Below are positions 24,601 to 37,878 of a stretch of DNA of 64,000 nt, in pieces. Source of the DNA: Hormiphora californensis. Its lineage: Eukaryota; Animalia; Ctenophora. Within the stretch, counting starts at the first letter, position 1, and each line of letters starts with the position of its first letter. The stretch covers positions 2,790,001-2,854,000 of the forward strand of contig CM035357.1 in assembly GCA_020137815.1 (NCBI GenBank), given 5' to 3'. A program made the position numbers and the translations under genes. The notes under the pieces were generated by a model, which was given only the letters and a program-made list of their open reading frames with translations, was not told the DNA's origin and did not search any database.

Positions 24601-27600
24601 ATTGACTCTGTGGACTCTTTCAAGTCTAAGCTCAAGACTAGTCTCTTCATTGAGGCTTTCGGTGAATCCTGATTGTCCTAGGAGTGTTCTCTCCGTCTTA
24701 CTGAGGTTTGTGCTCTAGCTGGTACCTGTTTTATTTTCTCTGTATTTTGGCTCGTGGCGAGCAGAAGTGTGAAGCACGTTTTGGGTTTTTTCATAGCACG
24801 AGTGTTTTCTATCTAATGGACTTTTAAACCATCTTTTTAGAGTTCCAGGACTCTATCTCAGTCTGTTATGTTTTCAGTTTCCGATAGTTATGTGAGCCGT
24901 TGTTTTTTTTCTTTACCATTTTTTGTGCAATATTAAGGATTAGTCGGCAGGTCTATTCAAGTATGTTAACCGTTCAGATCATCCTTCAGTGACAGTAACA
25001 GTTCTACTGCTCTGTCCCTGTCGGATATGGGCGGAATACAAACATAGTTATTATTATTATTATTATTATTATTAAATTAAGGATTCAACAGTATGTTCAT
25101 GCATAGTTTCAATAGACTTTTGGAATTTAACATTGAAATACGTTGGCAAACGCTCCAGCTCCAGGCCCCAGGTGTGCACGTTTTGAACGTCCACCACCTT
25201 TGTTATAACCTGTCAGGCCAATGCTCTGACCACAGTTCTCGCGCGAGAATGGGTCAGGCCAATGCTCTGACAGGTTATAACTGCAGCAGCCAAGAATGGG
25301 CCTATGTTTTCAAACTCACATTAACAAGTTCGTACTCCACATCACACACACTGCTAGTTCGATTGTACTCATATTGAATGTTCTGGAACATGGGAACCGT
25401 CGTGGACATCACCCCTACAATCCACCCCACACAGACACCTGAATATATTAGTTTGTTACGCTTTGGAGTATGTATATCATTAGTGTCAAAAAACTGGAAT
25501 TTAGTGAATAGTAGCTTAACTTTTTTATCGCTATGCTGCCCATTTAAACTCTCCTAAGTCCGTATAAGTAGTTATTACCTTATGGTACATGGTAATGTAC
25601 ATGGTAAGTGTCACTTACCGAAGGTGGCTGATTTTATGCTGACTAGATCCTTGTAGCTGTATGGCATGTAGATGGCCATGAATCGGTATATGGAAGCAAT
25701 ACATAGGAGAGTTGGTGTGGTGAAGGCAGTTAGACTCCACAGCATCCCCATGAAACTGAGTATGGGGGGAGGGGGTATTGAAACGGGAATACATAATAAA
25801 CGGTAAACCATATCATATCCCGTATATATTATATATCCAATGGATAATATTAATAATGATTTATAATAATAACTATCCATGTTTTAATACCCATTGTTTT
25901 TTATCCCATCTTTGCAGCTCTTGTTGTTAAACCCCCTTTTTCTGTGAGGATCATGACCTAATATTATATCGCACAGTTCACCTATTTTCATACAATGACT
26001 TGTTTTCAATCTAATACTCAACACACCAATGACCCTAGTCCACACGCCCAACATATGTGCAGGAAAACTGCGGTATATAATTCTCTATACCCATCAGTAC
26101 CCATACTCAATCATAGATATAATAGCATAAGCACATGTGCATATAAATAAGATGTTATATTATATACCCACCCATGTCCCCCCACTTGGTCACACAATGT
26201 CTTGGTGCAGTGGGGCATTGTATGTTCCACATTGAAGAAAAACACCACACGAGAGAACTATAATACCGTGTGAGAAGAAAGCCCCCTCCTTCTCCCCCTC
26301 TCGAAGAAAGCCCTCTCGAAGAAAGCCCCCCCCCCCCCATTCTCCCTCTCCCCCGCGAAGAAAGGTTATGCCTCTTTCAAAACACATGCTCTCTCGACCA
26401 CACGTGGCTTGTTGAGTGGCGGCTTTGTTTCATGCATTGCGTGTATTATTTAAAGACTCATATTAAGACTCTTAAAACAATGTGTGAATTTCGAAGCCTA
26501 AATGGAAGGGTGTCGGGCGTAGTCTCGACCGGTTTTAACCAGATGATCAGCCGTCAGAGAGTCTGACGTTAGACTGTCAGACGAGATGATCATCTGGTTA
26601 AAACTTACATGTTGTTAACTCCCTCTTTCTCACTTTCTCCCAAAATTCTCCCTCCCCATTTACTACTATGAGATAACCCATGCTCGTTTCCCAAAATAGA
26701 ACAAAGAATAGGGCTATAAACTCTCTTTACATTTTCCAATCTGTCGACTCCCACACCGGGCCCTCGGCCCGAAGGTGGAGGTGATTCATTGCACGAACGA
26801 CAGACTGCGTATCATGGTATAAACACTTGTACCTATTTGGTACCTCTATATTTACCTGCAAATGGAAGCCAAGCCAGATTGTAGTTGCTCTGGTCGGTTG
26901 TAGAACAGAAATATACCCATGTAAATACCTGAAGTACATCAAGTATTATTTCCGTGTCCGTGAAGTCGAGTTTTAAAATGTCTAGGTAAAAAGCGACTTG
27001 CACTTGATGTTTTGATAAAAAGAAATTTGACTTGATAAAAAAGGAAGTTGGACTTGGTGTTTTAATGAAAAAAGGGAGTGTCCCCCTCAGTTGTCTGTTG
27101 ACGACTGTTTTGATAACTATAGTTCTGTGTCTACAGCTGTCTTCAAGATCACATAAAGAACTCTTCGTTTAGATCGGTCGAACTAACTAGGCCGGGGCTA
27201 GCTCGTTTATTGACAAAGAGAACCTTTTCAAATATAGTGTGTGTGGGTGTGTTTAGTCAACTAATTCAAATTGACTCCAATGGTTGCTAGTGTTTAGTGT
27301 TAAGGTAAACACTGTTTATCTGTTTTAATTAGATCCCAAAGTGCCTTTCTGTAGAAGTTTGAGTAACAACAAATAGAAGTTGCTTTATGGTATCAATCTT
27401 ACAGACACTTATTATACAGACACAATTAAATATGCTATTGGTATATTCCCGGAAGTTTAATTTCAGCCCTCTCATGGATAAACTTGCCAACAATACTTGT
27501 AATTAAAAGACTGGTCTTTCCGCTCATTATGACTATGAGTGACTACAAGTGCAGGGCATCGAATTACCAAAAAACTATCAGGGACCTATAAAATAAGTCC

Positions 27601-28043
27601 CAACCTAGTATATCTGCACATACAACAAATGGGCAGTGGTACACGTCCAGTAATATTACCTGCAGGAACCGACCGAAACAAGTAAACAACCAATCAGAAC
27701 TCGTTATTTAGGTCACGTGACTGGTTATCAGCCAATCAGGGACCAGTATTTCTTGATTCGGTCGGTTCGTGATTACCTGTGAAGCCGCTAAAGGCATCGT
27801 GTAGTGTGATGTTGATAAAAAGAAAGTATGTAGGATGTTTCCAGTTCATCTTGATGTACACGAAGAATACCAGGAAGTTCATTGTAATGGAGGCAACACC
27901 TGAAATAATAATGGTAACCATGGTAACAATATAATGGTAACTATTATAGTAACCATGGTAACCATCGTACCTATAATGATGTTGAGAATACCAAAGGTCA
28001 CATCCATGGCGGGAATAAAGTATGTCTGATTATCGGTCATCAT
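21625..28043 (-). CDS. Orphan class A GPCR; exons 28043-27971, 27899-27777, 26928-26856, 25755-25619, 25438-25320, 23965-23831, 22952-22902, 21900-21625
   Basis: Phase-consistent exons give TM1 (ITMNFLV), TM2 (NITLHDAF), ICSFMGMLWS..IASIYRFMAIYMP, TM4 W, ECL2 Cys, TM5 LAP, TM6 IFCYGLW and TM7 CLNSALNGVVH. ICL3 exon usage is uncertain. Confidence 0.85.
22320..22836. repeat. Tandem repeat, about 165-180-bp unit x3
   Basis: ttctggggaactcacta...gcgatccaatcaaaagtgg recurs at about 22322, 22502 and 22667. Confidence 0.9.
22984..23152. mobile_element. Tc1/mariner/pogo-type MITE (CAGTCGGACCCCGA family)
   Basis: TA|cagtcggaccccgattta ... taaatcggggtccgactg|TA. Confidence 0.9.
23308..23661. mobile_element. 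Palindromic MITE flanked by TTAA
   Basis: gttgacaagatacctaaaacttttc ... gaaaagttttaggtatcttgtcaac; arms of about 170 bp, TTAA on both sides (Kolobok- or piggyBac-like). Confidence 0.8.
24040..25073 (+). mobile_element. 5'-truncated L2-clade LINE (ORF2 C-terminus 24058-24672, 3'UTR, (TTA)n tail)
   Basis: LIISRLDYCNVLYSGLP..LQRVLNSCVRFV..HVLPIEQRVKFK..LAPVYL..WNKL..FKSKLKTSLF; tail ttattattattatt. Lies in a GPCR intron, antisense. Confidence 0.9.
27663..27771. mobile_element. hAT-like 108-bp MITE (CAGGAACCGACCGAA family)
   Basis: 15-bp TIR and 8-bp TSD ATTACCTG. Other copies at 52606-52713 (TSD CCTGATAT) and 61745-61853; partial copies at about 1464-1541, 37412-37503, 47096-47173 and 62158-62245. 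Confidence 0.9.
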
Positions 28044-28648
28044 CGTACTAAAATTATAGTTAGTTAATCATTAGTCCATTTTAAAGCGACTCGAGCTGAC
28101 GTGGAATTTAAATCAAATTCGGAAAGAAAGTGCGTTGGATATTTTTACGGCCTAAACCAAACTATACAAAATAAGAGAAAGAGAATGTAATGTATATGAA
28201 ATCTAAACTGAATAAAATAGTGATTCCTTAGAGCAAAAAAAACTCAAACAGCAAGACAAAATATAAATCTGACAAGTACTTCTTATGCCAGCTTCAAAGC
28301 ATTGTGAATCATAAACAGTCAAAACTCGAATTACCGGGACCTAGCTTTTTAAAAAAACTTATATTTACCGTGTCCCCCCCCCCCCCAAAGAGTCTGGTAA
28401 ATCTTGATGTGACTGCATAATATATGAATTGAGATAAGAAATGGCGAGACATGATGCAACATCATACTGGAAGCTCAGCAGCTGATATCTGAAGTTAAGT
28501 ATTTAGATCGTCAAGAGATCAAGCATGCAGCTGTCAATGCAGGCACTTTAATTTTAAACTATCTGCCAAATGTTGTTGCTAGAAAGAGCGAGAGAGAAAA
28601 TGAGAGAACGAGAGAGATAGAGAGGGAAAGAGAGAGAGAGGGAGAGAG

Positions 28649-28727
<79 letters not shown>

Positions 28728-30099
28728 GAGAGACAGATCAGAGAGAGAGACAGAGAGATCTTTTCAGCTCTATAGAAAAGAGAACTATATAAATGGGCCT
28801 CGTTATAGTACGAGCTTGTAGAAATATGGACCTTCGTTCTTCCAAGGAAATAAAGAAGGAGAGAAGAGAAGAAAAGAGTGCCTTGATGGGTGTGTGTGTA
28901 GGCGTGTGTATAATGAGGTACTCAATATTGCCGTGTCAGCCCCGTTTATTGCAACTGACAATTGACTAGTATGGGTAGTATGCGGTCCTCATCCGGCGGG
29001 GAAAATATCGTAACGATTTCTAAACTAGCCACAGGATCAAGTTCCAGGGAATGACACGACTGCGATACCTCAAGGCTCAAACTATATTATATTATATTAT
29101 ATGCGGTATGTCAAGGCGATGCCATTGTTTCAAGCTAATAGGCAGTTCGCATGAGAGCAAAATGAAAGGACTAGACGAGAGGAGAGATAGAGGAAGAGAA
29201 TAAGGAGATAGAGAGATGAGAGAGCTACGTTGCTGAGAGATGATAACGAGAGTCTCTGTCTGAGCTTGCTCTTTAAAGAGTAGATCCTCTCCTAGCAATT
29301 ACTCCTTGCTGCTTAGATCGCCGCTCCTTGCGACTCAGTTTTGCTCTATCTTTCTCCTCCTGCCTTCTCTCTCTCTGTAGCAATTATTTGACGTAAAACG
29401 AAATCCCTCCTTGGACTAAGTTATAATGCTCTCAATCTACTACACACCACCTGATGCCTGTTACATAGATTGCCGTTTCTGAAAGGAGAGAGTTCTCTTG
29501 ACATCAAAAACCAATAAAACATAAGGCTTGACGTTGCAGCAGCATCCAGTTAACTAGAAAAACTTAAGTTATCCCCGTAGAGACTTATAGACATCCTAGT
29601 AGAAAATGTGATATTTGTCATGTCACAACGTTACACACACCAATTAGTCACTTTTAGAGGAGATCACTATGAATTGAAGTTACTAGGACGTTTAGACATC
29701 AACATCAATCTCAAGGGAGGAGAAGAAGTTTAATTAAAACGAAACCATGTCTATTACTGCTTTTTCCGATCACGTGGCAACCAACTGTAGTACAACGGAG
29801 ATCGAGTTAATTTGAGTTAATTACACTTCTGTCAACGTGACCAAAAAGATCTCTCTAACGGGAACCCTAGATTTCCCGCAATTTTCAAGTAATTCATCGA
29901 AACTTTTTTACTGGATCCCTCTCCAGTCACTGTTTTTTCGCGGAGTTAACCAACATGCAGCAATGCAGGGAGTTTACAACTCAAGCGATGAGCTCGCTGT
30001 GATTATAGGTACCCCAACTACAACGGCTATAAAAACGAAACTCATTGTCTTCAGTCACATTGTTGCATAACGACTCCCGTGACATCCAACATCACAATT

Positions 30100-33000
30100 C
30101 TTATGCATGGGTCAGCATTAGCTGTTTCCGATCAGGGGCAAAAAAAGAAAGGGAGATCGTTTTTTGAAAAACCCACCCGTCCCTTGACAAGTAATATCTT
30201 CCAATCGGGGCCCCTAGATTTGCTTTTCCCCAAGGAAATTTTAAATCAAACATTTTTAAGCCATCCCCATTAGTTTTATTCCGGGGTTCCCCGAATTTTT
30301 TAAATAGGAGTTACCTCAGCGAGCGGCCGGAAAAGGACCGACCCCTAAAAGGTTTTAAAAAAAAAAGAAATAATTTGATCCCAAATGTTGAAAAAAACGT
30401 TCACCGTGGCAACCAAACTTGTCAGGAAGTCGTTATTGTTTTCCCCCTTCTTAAATTTTATGAAACCAACAGAAAGAAAAAGGGGAATCACCTTTTTTCG
30501 ACCCCCCGTCTTTTAGGGTTTTTTAAACAAATTTTTCTTAACCATGCGGTTTCCATCAAACATGGTTTCGAAAGGAGCAACCAAGAACAAAAATTTTGGG
30601 CCCTGTTGCATATACCCGTTTTTCACCAACAAAAACCTGTCACCCCGGGTTTTTTAAAGTTAAACACTTTTTAAAGCACGTGAGCCCCAAAGACACACAG
30701 CTTTTTTTTTCGACTGACCCCTTCAATTAAGTTTTAACAAAGGTCCTGAAAAAAACAAGGGCCCCCCAAGTTTCTAGAAAGGGAAAACCCGAAAATTAGC
30801 CACGGGAAATAAGGGTATTAGAAAATTGTTTTCATAAAAAAATTAATATAACTCCTAATTATCCTTAGAAGGGCAGTATCCCAGTTTATTTCAGCCCCTT
30901 CCCATTGGAAAAAGAATAACAACCTAAAATTTTTTACCAAAATGGGCCCAGAACTTTTGGAAAGGTTTTGAAGAAGATTACAAAAAAAAAGGTTGATAAA
31001 ATTTTTTTAAAATCAAGGCAAAGGTTTACAATTTTAAAAATAGGCCCCAAAAAACTTTTGAAATCTTCTGAAGGTAAAATTGAAAAGGGGACAAATTTTT
31101 TTTTATACCCCAAAGGAAAATTTAAAACACACAATATATCCCACCAGCCCATTTAAATTTTATATTAAATAGAGCAAAAGGAAAGACGGACCCTTTGGGA
31201 AAACCGGCAAAAAGGGCTTTTTTTTTTTATTTTTTCCTTTTTTTTTTTTTTTTAATTTTTTTTTTTTCTTTTTTCCCCACTTTTTTTTTTTTTTTGGGGA
31301 AGGCCCCCCCCAAAATTCCGGGCCCTTTTTTCCCAAAAGGGAAAACCAATAAAGGTTTTTTTGAATTTTTTTATCCCCCCCCCCTTTCCCCGACCCCCGT
31401 AAAGGAATTTTGGTTTTAAATCTACTCATCTTGCTCCCGCAAAGGTAAAAAATTTTCGCCCCCCCTTTTCTTTCCTTTTTGGGTTTTTTTCCCCTTTTTA
31501 AAAGGAAAATTTTCGGGTTATCATTTTGGCTTTTTTGGCCCAAAAACCTCTTTTCCTTTCCCCCTTTTTCTCTTCTCCCCCCCACCCCCCTTCCCTTTTT
31601 TGCCGCTCGCGGCGCAGCCCCCCTTCCCCTTCCCCTCCCCCCTATCCCCAAAAAATTTTTCCCCGACCCCCGGGGGGATCTTCTCCCCTCTCTTCTCTTT
31701 CCCTCCTCTTCTTCCCCCTCGTTTTCTGTATCTTTCCTTTCATTTCGCGTGCGAGCGTGAAACAATTGACGAACAAAGAAAGAAAGTTTGATGGGGAAAT
31801 AAAATGTAATCTTTGAGCAACGTGTAGATTAAAAACATCCAAAAGGAGACTAAACTTTCCACAACTAAATTTTTAAATAAACAACTGTCCTGGCGGGGGC
31901 CTACTCTATTATAATTTGGGTGAAGTCAAATGGTGGCCTTTCGTTCAGGGGTATCTAAGCAAAAAGTGCCCCTTTATAAAACCCTTCTTGACGAAAGCTT
32001 AAAGCTGTTATTTCACACTTTCTAAGTTCCAGTGGGAAATTTTTTAATATTTCGAATGACTTTTTTAACAGGGCCCTTCCCCCCTAGTTACCAATTCGTT
32101 GCCATGGGAAACCCTTGAAAAAGGGGAAAAAAACCCCCCGGGGAAGCCGGGGTGGGTTATCAAAAAAACCCTTTCTTTAGGCGCCCCAGGGGGGCGCATA
32201 TTAAATACCAAACTTTTTTATCGAAAATGTCAAAAATTCCCCCAATTTTGGGGATCTTTTAGCTAGTTTCACCCCCGAAATTGTGCACCGAAGCATGGTG
32301 TAGGGAAATGAGCCTCATGAAAACGCGTGGCGTGTCTTTCTTAATCACGCGATGGAGCTTTCTTTATTTGGTTCAAATAAAACTTTTGGAAAACTCCGTG
32401 AAAGGGCACCATTGTCCTCTCTAAAACAGACAGAGAGGGAGTTCTCTTTACCCCTCCAAAGGAAAAGAGGGAGACCCTTTGCCCCACCCTGGTGGGACTC
32501 AAGTGCTCACTCTAAGTCTACGGGGATCTTATCTAAATTTAGTTTGAAAAAGATCCAAAAGTCTAAATCTAAGGACCATATCTAAAAAGTTACACAGGCG
32601 GACTCTTTTAAAAATCTAAAAAAAAAATGGATCTATATTACATAAATCAAATTAAAATATAATCCGCCTTTCGCCCGAACTCGAGTTTTCCCGGGGCCGT
32701 CGGGCCCGGAAACGGAGTTTGCTCACCCCTAACAATTTTAGAATTTTTGGGGCCGTATTTGGGTTCGAGGTTGGGGTTTAAAAGTTGGGAGGTTAGGTTG
32801 GGTTTTTGGGGGGGGGGTTAGGTTTTTAAAATAGAGTCCGGGGTTGGGAGGGGGGGCGCCAAAATGTACTAGGACTCATATCTAAAAAATTTTCCACAGG
32901 GGGGACTTTTTATCAAAAAAAGTCTACACAGGGAGGACCTTTTCTAAATTTTTTTAAAAAAATCAAATGTAGATAAGATCCGTTTTTTAATTAGATCCCC

Positions 33001-34839
33001 TTGGGGTTTTGATAAAGATCCTTAGACTAAGGTCCGACCACCCGCCCCAGCACCCTACGAAGCCCGACAGCTCGGAAAATATACAAAGGTACATGCCAAA
33101 CTCATTTTAGTCGTTTCCCATCTCGTACCACCGCTGCCCTCTCTTCCCCTTTAAGTGTTGTTGAAAAAGCGAACAAAAACTAATATATTACAACTGTGGT
33201 AAGTCAACCAGAGTTTCACGAAAGCGTGTTAATTCCAGTGAAATTGTTTCAATGAAGGAAGAGAAAACATGTGTTAAAAAACTATATCGATAATTAACAA
33301 ATTACACACAAATCAGAGAGCTACGACCCAAACCACACATGCCAGTGCTAACACCCAACATTTGGTCTTCAAGGAATGTACATATATTGGGATTTAAAAG
33401 AGAGAGTTGAAGTTCTATAAAAAATTCCAATAATATCAATACAAAAATGAAATATCAGATTTGCTATCCCCCCTGTGAGTTTATAATTCCAATTAAGGAC
33501 ATAATAAATTATGATTCAGGTTGTTAATACAAGCAGGGTAAACATCCGCCGCACCCCCTGTAGCCACAACTTGCATATTGCGTATTTTTTGTTTTTTTTC
33601 GGCAGCTGCAACTGTTTCTAGAGGGATGACAGTAAATCAAGTCTGAAATAGTTTCCGAGTATTATATCCATTTAAAAATGGGATACTCGCAATCACAATA
33701 TCCAAACAAAACGATTTTTTACTTCTTGTCGAATAGCCTCCACAACTTACTAGGCAATAACATTTATTAATCGACAGTTAAAGAGTAAAAAACGTTTTTG
33801 TAGATTAATTGCTTACACCTTAACGATGTTAGAGCCAAAAAAAAATGTAGGTGCCCCCGGCGCAGCCTTTCGGTGACAATACCAGTGGTGTCCGGATACA
33901 ATTCCCCCGATATAGGAGGAAAATAGGGCTCCCTGGTATAGACGGGCACTGCCCCCTGATTTAGTCTTTCTCCTGTCAGAGCATTCCCTCGGGATCCGAC
34001 TGTATAAAGAAATCGCTGGATCCACTGATTCCCCCCAATGTTAAACTCCCCTTCGCTGAACATAGCAATATGTATGGTACTACCATACAAAAAAAAGAGC
34101 GCGGGAGGAAACGCGATGCGATAGAGGAAGGGGTGAGAGAGTCGCCACAGGAGGAACTTGAAATGACCAAGATGGAGCAATCACCGAAATGCAAGGCAAA
34201 ACTAAACTATACACACAAAAAGGACAGGAGATCAGGCCCTATAACCAAATCCCCAAATACTCCATCAAATCGCCCCTCACACGCCTAGCCAACTCACTAA
34301 TCAAGAAGGAGACGGGATGGACACACAGCCATGTCCGAGAAAGGGCACAACCACCTCTCACCAGTCGGAGAGAACTATGCAGAGAAAACGCGAGAAGTAT
34401 TAGTGATGCAAAGTAGGCCGACCAAGGGGCTCAGGGAATGGTAGCAGAAGACGAGAAGATGAGTAGGGACGAGCCAGAGAGAGAGAGTACTCTACCGACC
34501 TGTTCCAGACAGACGTTTTAGAGGAGATTAGAGCGCGAGAACGAGAAGAGCAGAGAGAAGAGGAGGCGGCGAGAGGACGTCGACGGCAGTAGATAGAGAT
34601 GCAGAGAGAGCGAGAGAGAGAGAGCAGAGCGAGCGAGAGAGAGAGGGAGAGATCAGACGAGAGAGAAGCGCGAGGAGAGAGGAGAGTAGAGAGCGAGGAG
34701 AGAGACGAGAGGCTTGAGTACTAGCTAGCTATTCTTTCTTATATATATCTCTATCTCTCTGCTTATATCGATGTCTATCTCTCTCTCTATCTCTAAGATC
34801 TCTCTCTCTAGATCTCTCTCGCTCTCGATCTCTCTGCTC

Positions 34840-34874
<35 letters not shown>

Positions 34875-34880
34875 ATGAGA
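30100..34880. other. Probable low-accuracy (noisy single long-read) assembly segment
   Basis: Inflated homopolymers, scrambled GA/CT microsatellites, and garbled copies (32500-33000) of the repeat seen cleanly at 63411-63560. Confidence 0.75.
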
Positions 34881-35684
34881 ATGCATGCATACAGTACATT
34901 CCTGTGCAATTACTCATCTGTCTCCGATCAGCACCGTGTGATTACTGGTGGTAAGATGGATTACAGATAGAAAGAAATATAGAAAAGATAGAAAGATAGA
35001 AAAAATAGGAGGATAGAAAGATGGAAAGATAGGAAGTGCTACTACGTCCGCTGCAACATAACACTATACAACCACTCAGAATTACGGTAAATTAGGCAGC
35101 CGTCGACAGATGTAAGCTCAGCTGTAGTAGGTCTATGTAAAATAGCCCCGCCTATCAAAATCAGCTGATCTTTGATTCATATAGTGCTAATTTTGGGGGG
35201 TACGTCAGCCCCTAATTTTCGTATGAATATAAACACACATTTTGAATTGGCCCAGAGACAATCTTCACAAACTTGAAAACTCTTTTAGGCGCTCTACGGC
35301 GTTGGCGGCCTTGCTCGACCCTCTTTCCGTGTGCTTCGTCCGCAGAAATTCAAAGGAGGGTTAGAATATACCAAGGGTTCGGGGTAGGCCCAAGAAAACT
35401 TTTATTGACCAGTTTAGGGGAGATACGTGTCAATAATCAACAGCAAAAAATAAAATATAATTATAATAATATTGAGGGAAGATACGGCCTACGGGCCCCA
35501 CAACGATAACCTAACAAACTTGATAAATCATAGAAAGGTAGTTTGAGATGGCCTAACTATAGGGTTCCACAGCAGCGGCAAGCTACTCATATAAAGATGG
35601 AGACCATTGTTTTGGTATAACATATTATGCTAGAACTAGACCTTTTGCACGCTAGCCTATTTATCTCAAAATATATGGGTTTCA

Positions 35685-35744
<60 letters not shown>

Positions 35745-36891
35745 ACACACAAACCTAACAAAGCCACGTGGTTTGGGACCACGTGCTCTGTGATAGTGCT
35801 TTGTTTCCCTTTGCTACATTGTCCAGGGAGATCAAGAGAGAGAGCGAGGGGTGAAGATAGAGAGAGAGAAATTGGAAGAGGGAATGGGGGTGAAGTTATA
35901 GAGAGAGAAATTGGAAGAGGGAATGGGGGTGAAGATAGAGAGAGATAGAAACTGGAAAATGGGAGTGAAAGATCAAGAAATGCGAGTGAATTTTCATACT
36001 ACATGACTCGGCCGTGTGATTTCGCACGGGAACACAACGCACCCAACTATGTACATGACGGGCCTTTGGGAAGTCTTTTGTCAGCCAACGAGTGTCGATT
36101 GATTCACCGGTGAATGAGTTTTATGTTGGGCCCCAAGGTGTGGAAAACTATAAAAGATGTATACAGCATCTCGTTCCCTATATGGAATTCAAAAATATGA
36201 ACACATTGCTGTTTGCTAGTCCTCAATTTAGAGAGACACATAATCTGTACTGGTCTGAATTGACCAATGGTTATAGTGGCATAAAAAACGATCTTTATAG
36301 AGCATCAAAACATGTTGGCGAAATAATTGAAAGTACCAAAAAATTGTAATTTTAAGTGCTCCACGACAGCTGCAGTGCTCGAGGCTGGACGAGAGAGCAA
36401 CTCAACCAAAGCATTCACTTGATGACATATCTCTCCACAGTTATAGTAGAGGCTAGCAGTATAGGATAGTTACGAGATGTGTGCTGAAATTGTGAAAAAC
36501 CCCATTTATATTTAGACACATGAGGGTATGTCAGCTACTAAGCTACAGGTTAGTGTTGAAACATTGAACACACTGTTATATAAGACAGGGGTTCTTGTGA
36601 ATAGTGTTACAAGCAATTAGCTGAAAGCTTTCGAAATTCTAGAAAATGAATTAGTGGGCAAGAGATAATTTCGTAGAAAGAGCTAGTCAAGACAAAGCTT
36701 TTTTGTAAACGCGGATAGCCGGCCTCAGATGGTATAACGAACTATAAAGAGAGAGAGCTAATACATATCTCTCGATATGAGACCGAGGGGGCAGAGATCG
36801 ATATTTTCCCCGCGAGAGATGTCTTCACATGATTGGACGATAGCGGATACCACTCTCTCAGATAGATGCTCCTCTATCTCTTCTCTCTCTC

Positions 36892-36922
<31 letters not shown>

Positions 36923-37823
36923 ATCTGTTTCCCAATTCTCTTTTCCTCTTTCTCTATGGCCCACGTGCCCATTCTAACGACGCACATGGGCACCAGGGAT
37001 GGAGAGATAGAGAAAGAGACAGAGAGAGAGAGAGAGAGAGCCAGAGGTACTCGCTATTCTAAGTCACGGTTCGTCTTAGTGATCTTAGTCTCTTCTAAGT
37101 CTATTCTGAGTCTATTCTAAGTATATTCTGAGTCTCTTCTGAGTCTCTTCTAAGACAAGTGTAATTCTTTCTATTGTAAAGCAATCAAAGAGAGTATAAC
37201 AGTTTTATCTATGGGGACTGCTTTCTTTTCTCGACCATCTCGTTCCCTTTAAAAATAATACGGGATTTTAAAAAAAACAATACAAGGGGACCTGTAAGAG
37301 ATTTTGCCAGAGAATACCTTTTCCTTTTACCAAATCTTGTCGGAATTTTTATTGCAGGTTACAAAACTCCACTACAACTTGTAGACACACAGGTTTTCAA
37401 TACTCAGGAACCAGGAACCGGCCGAATCAGGAAATACTGGTCCCTGATTGGCTGATAACCAGTCACGTGACCTAAGTAACAATTTCTGATTGGTTGTCTG
37501 TTGTCAATACTCAGGAACAATATTTGCACTACAAAAGACATTTGGACAATATTCCTAATGCATAATATTTGGGGCCCTTTTATGGAGGTCGCTGAATTAA
37601 TTGAGAGAGAATCAGGGCAGAGACTCAGAGGGGGAGAGTGAGAGAGAGAGTGGGATGACGTAAGGTGTGAGATGGTTTATGTGAGGAATATCACGAGTAG
37701 CGTTTAAGGGTGGCCGATCGGGGTTATATGCATTAGGACGTATAATTATTAACTTGAGAACTATAAAGGGGTGGAGGACGAGTGTTCAACACATGGCATC
37801 CCGTGCAATCCACGAGAGAGAGA

Positions 37824-37878
<55 letters not shown>

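Noticed and set aside
26730-26855. 23-nt micro-intron plus an extra exon in the GPCR
   Set aside because: Direct splicing 26856>25755 gives a canonical ICSFMG start to TM3, so no extra exon is needed.
30934-31842. K/G/F/P-rich ORFs
   Set aside because: Products of homopolymer-rich, low-quality sequence.
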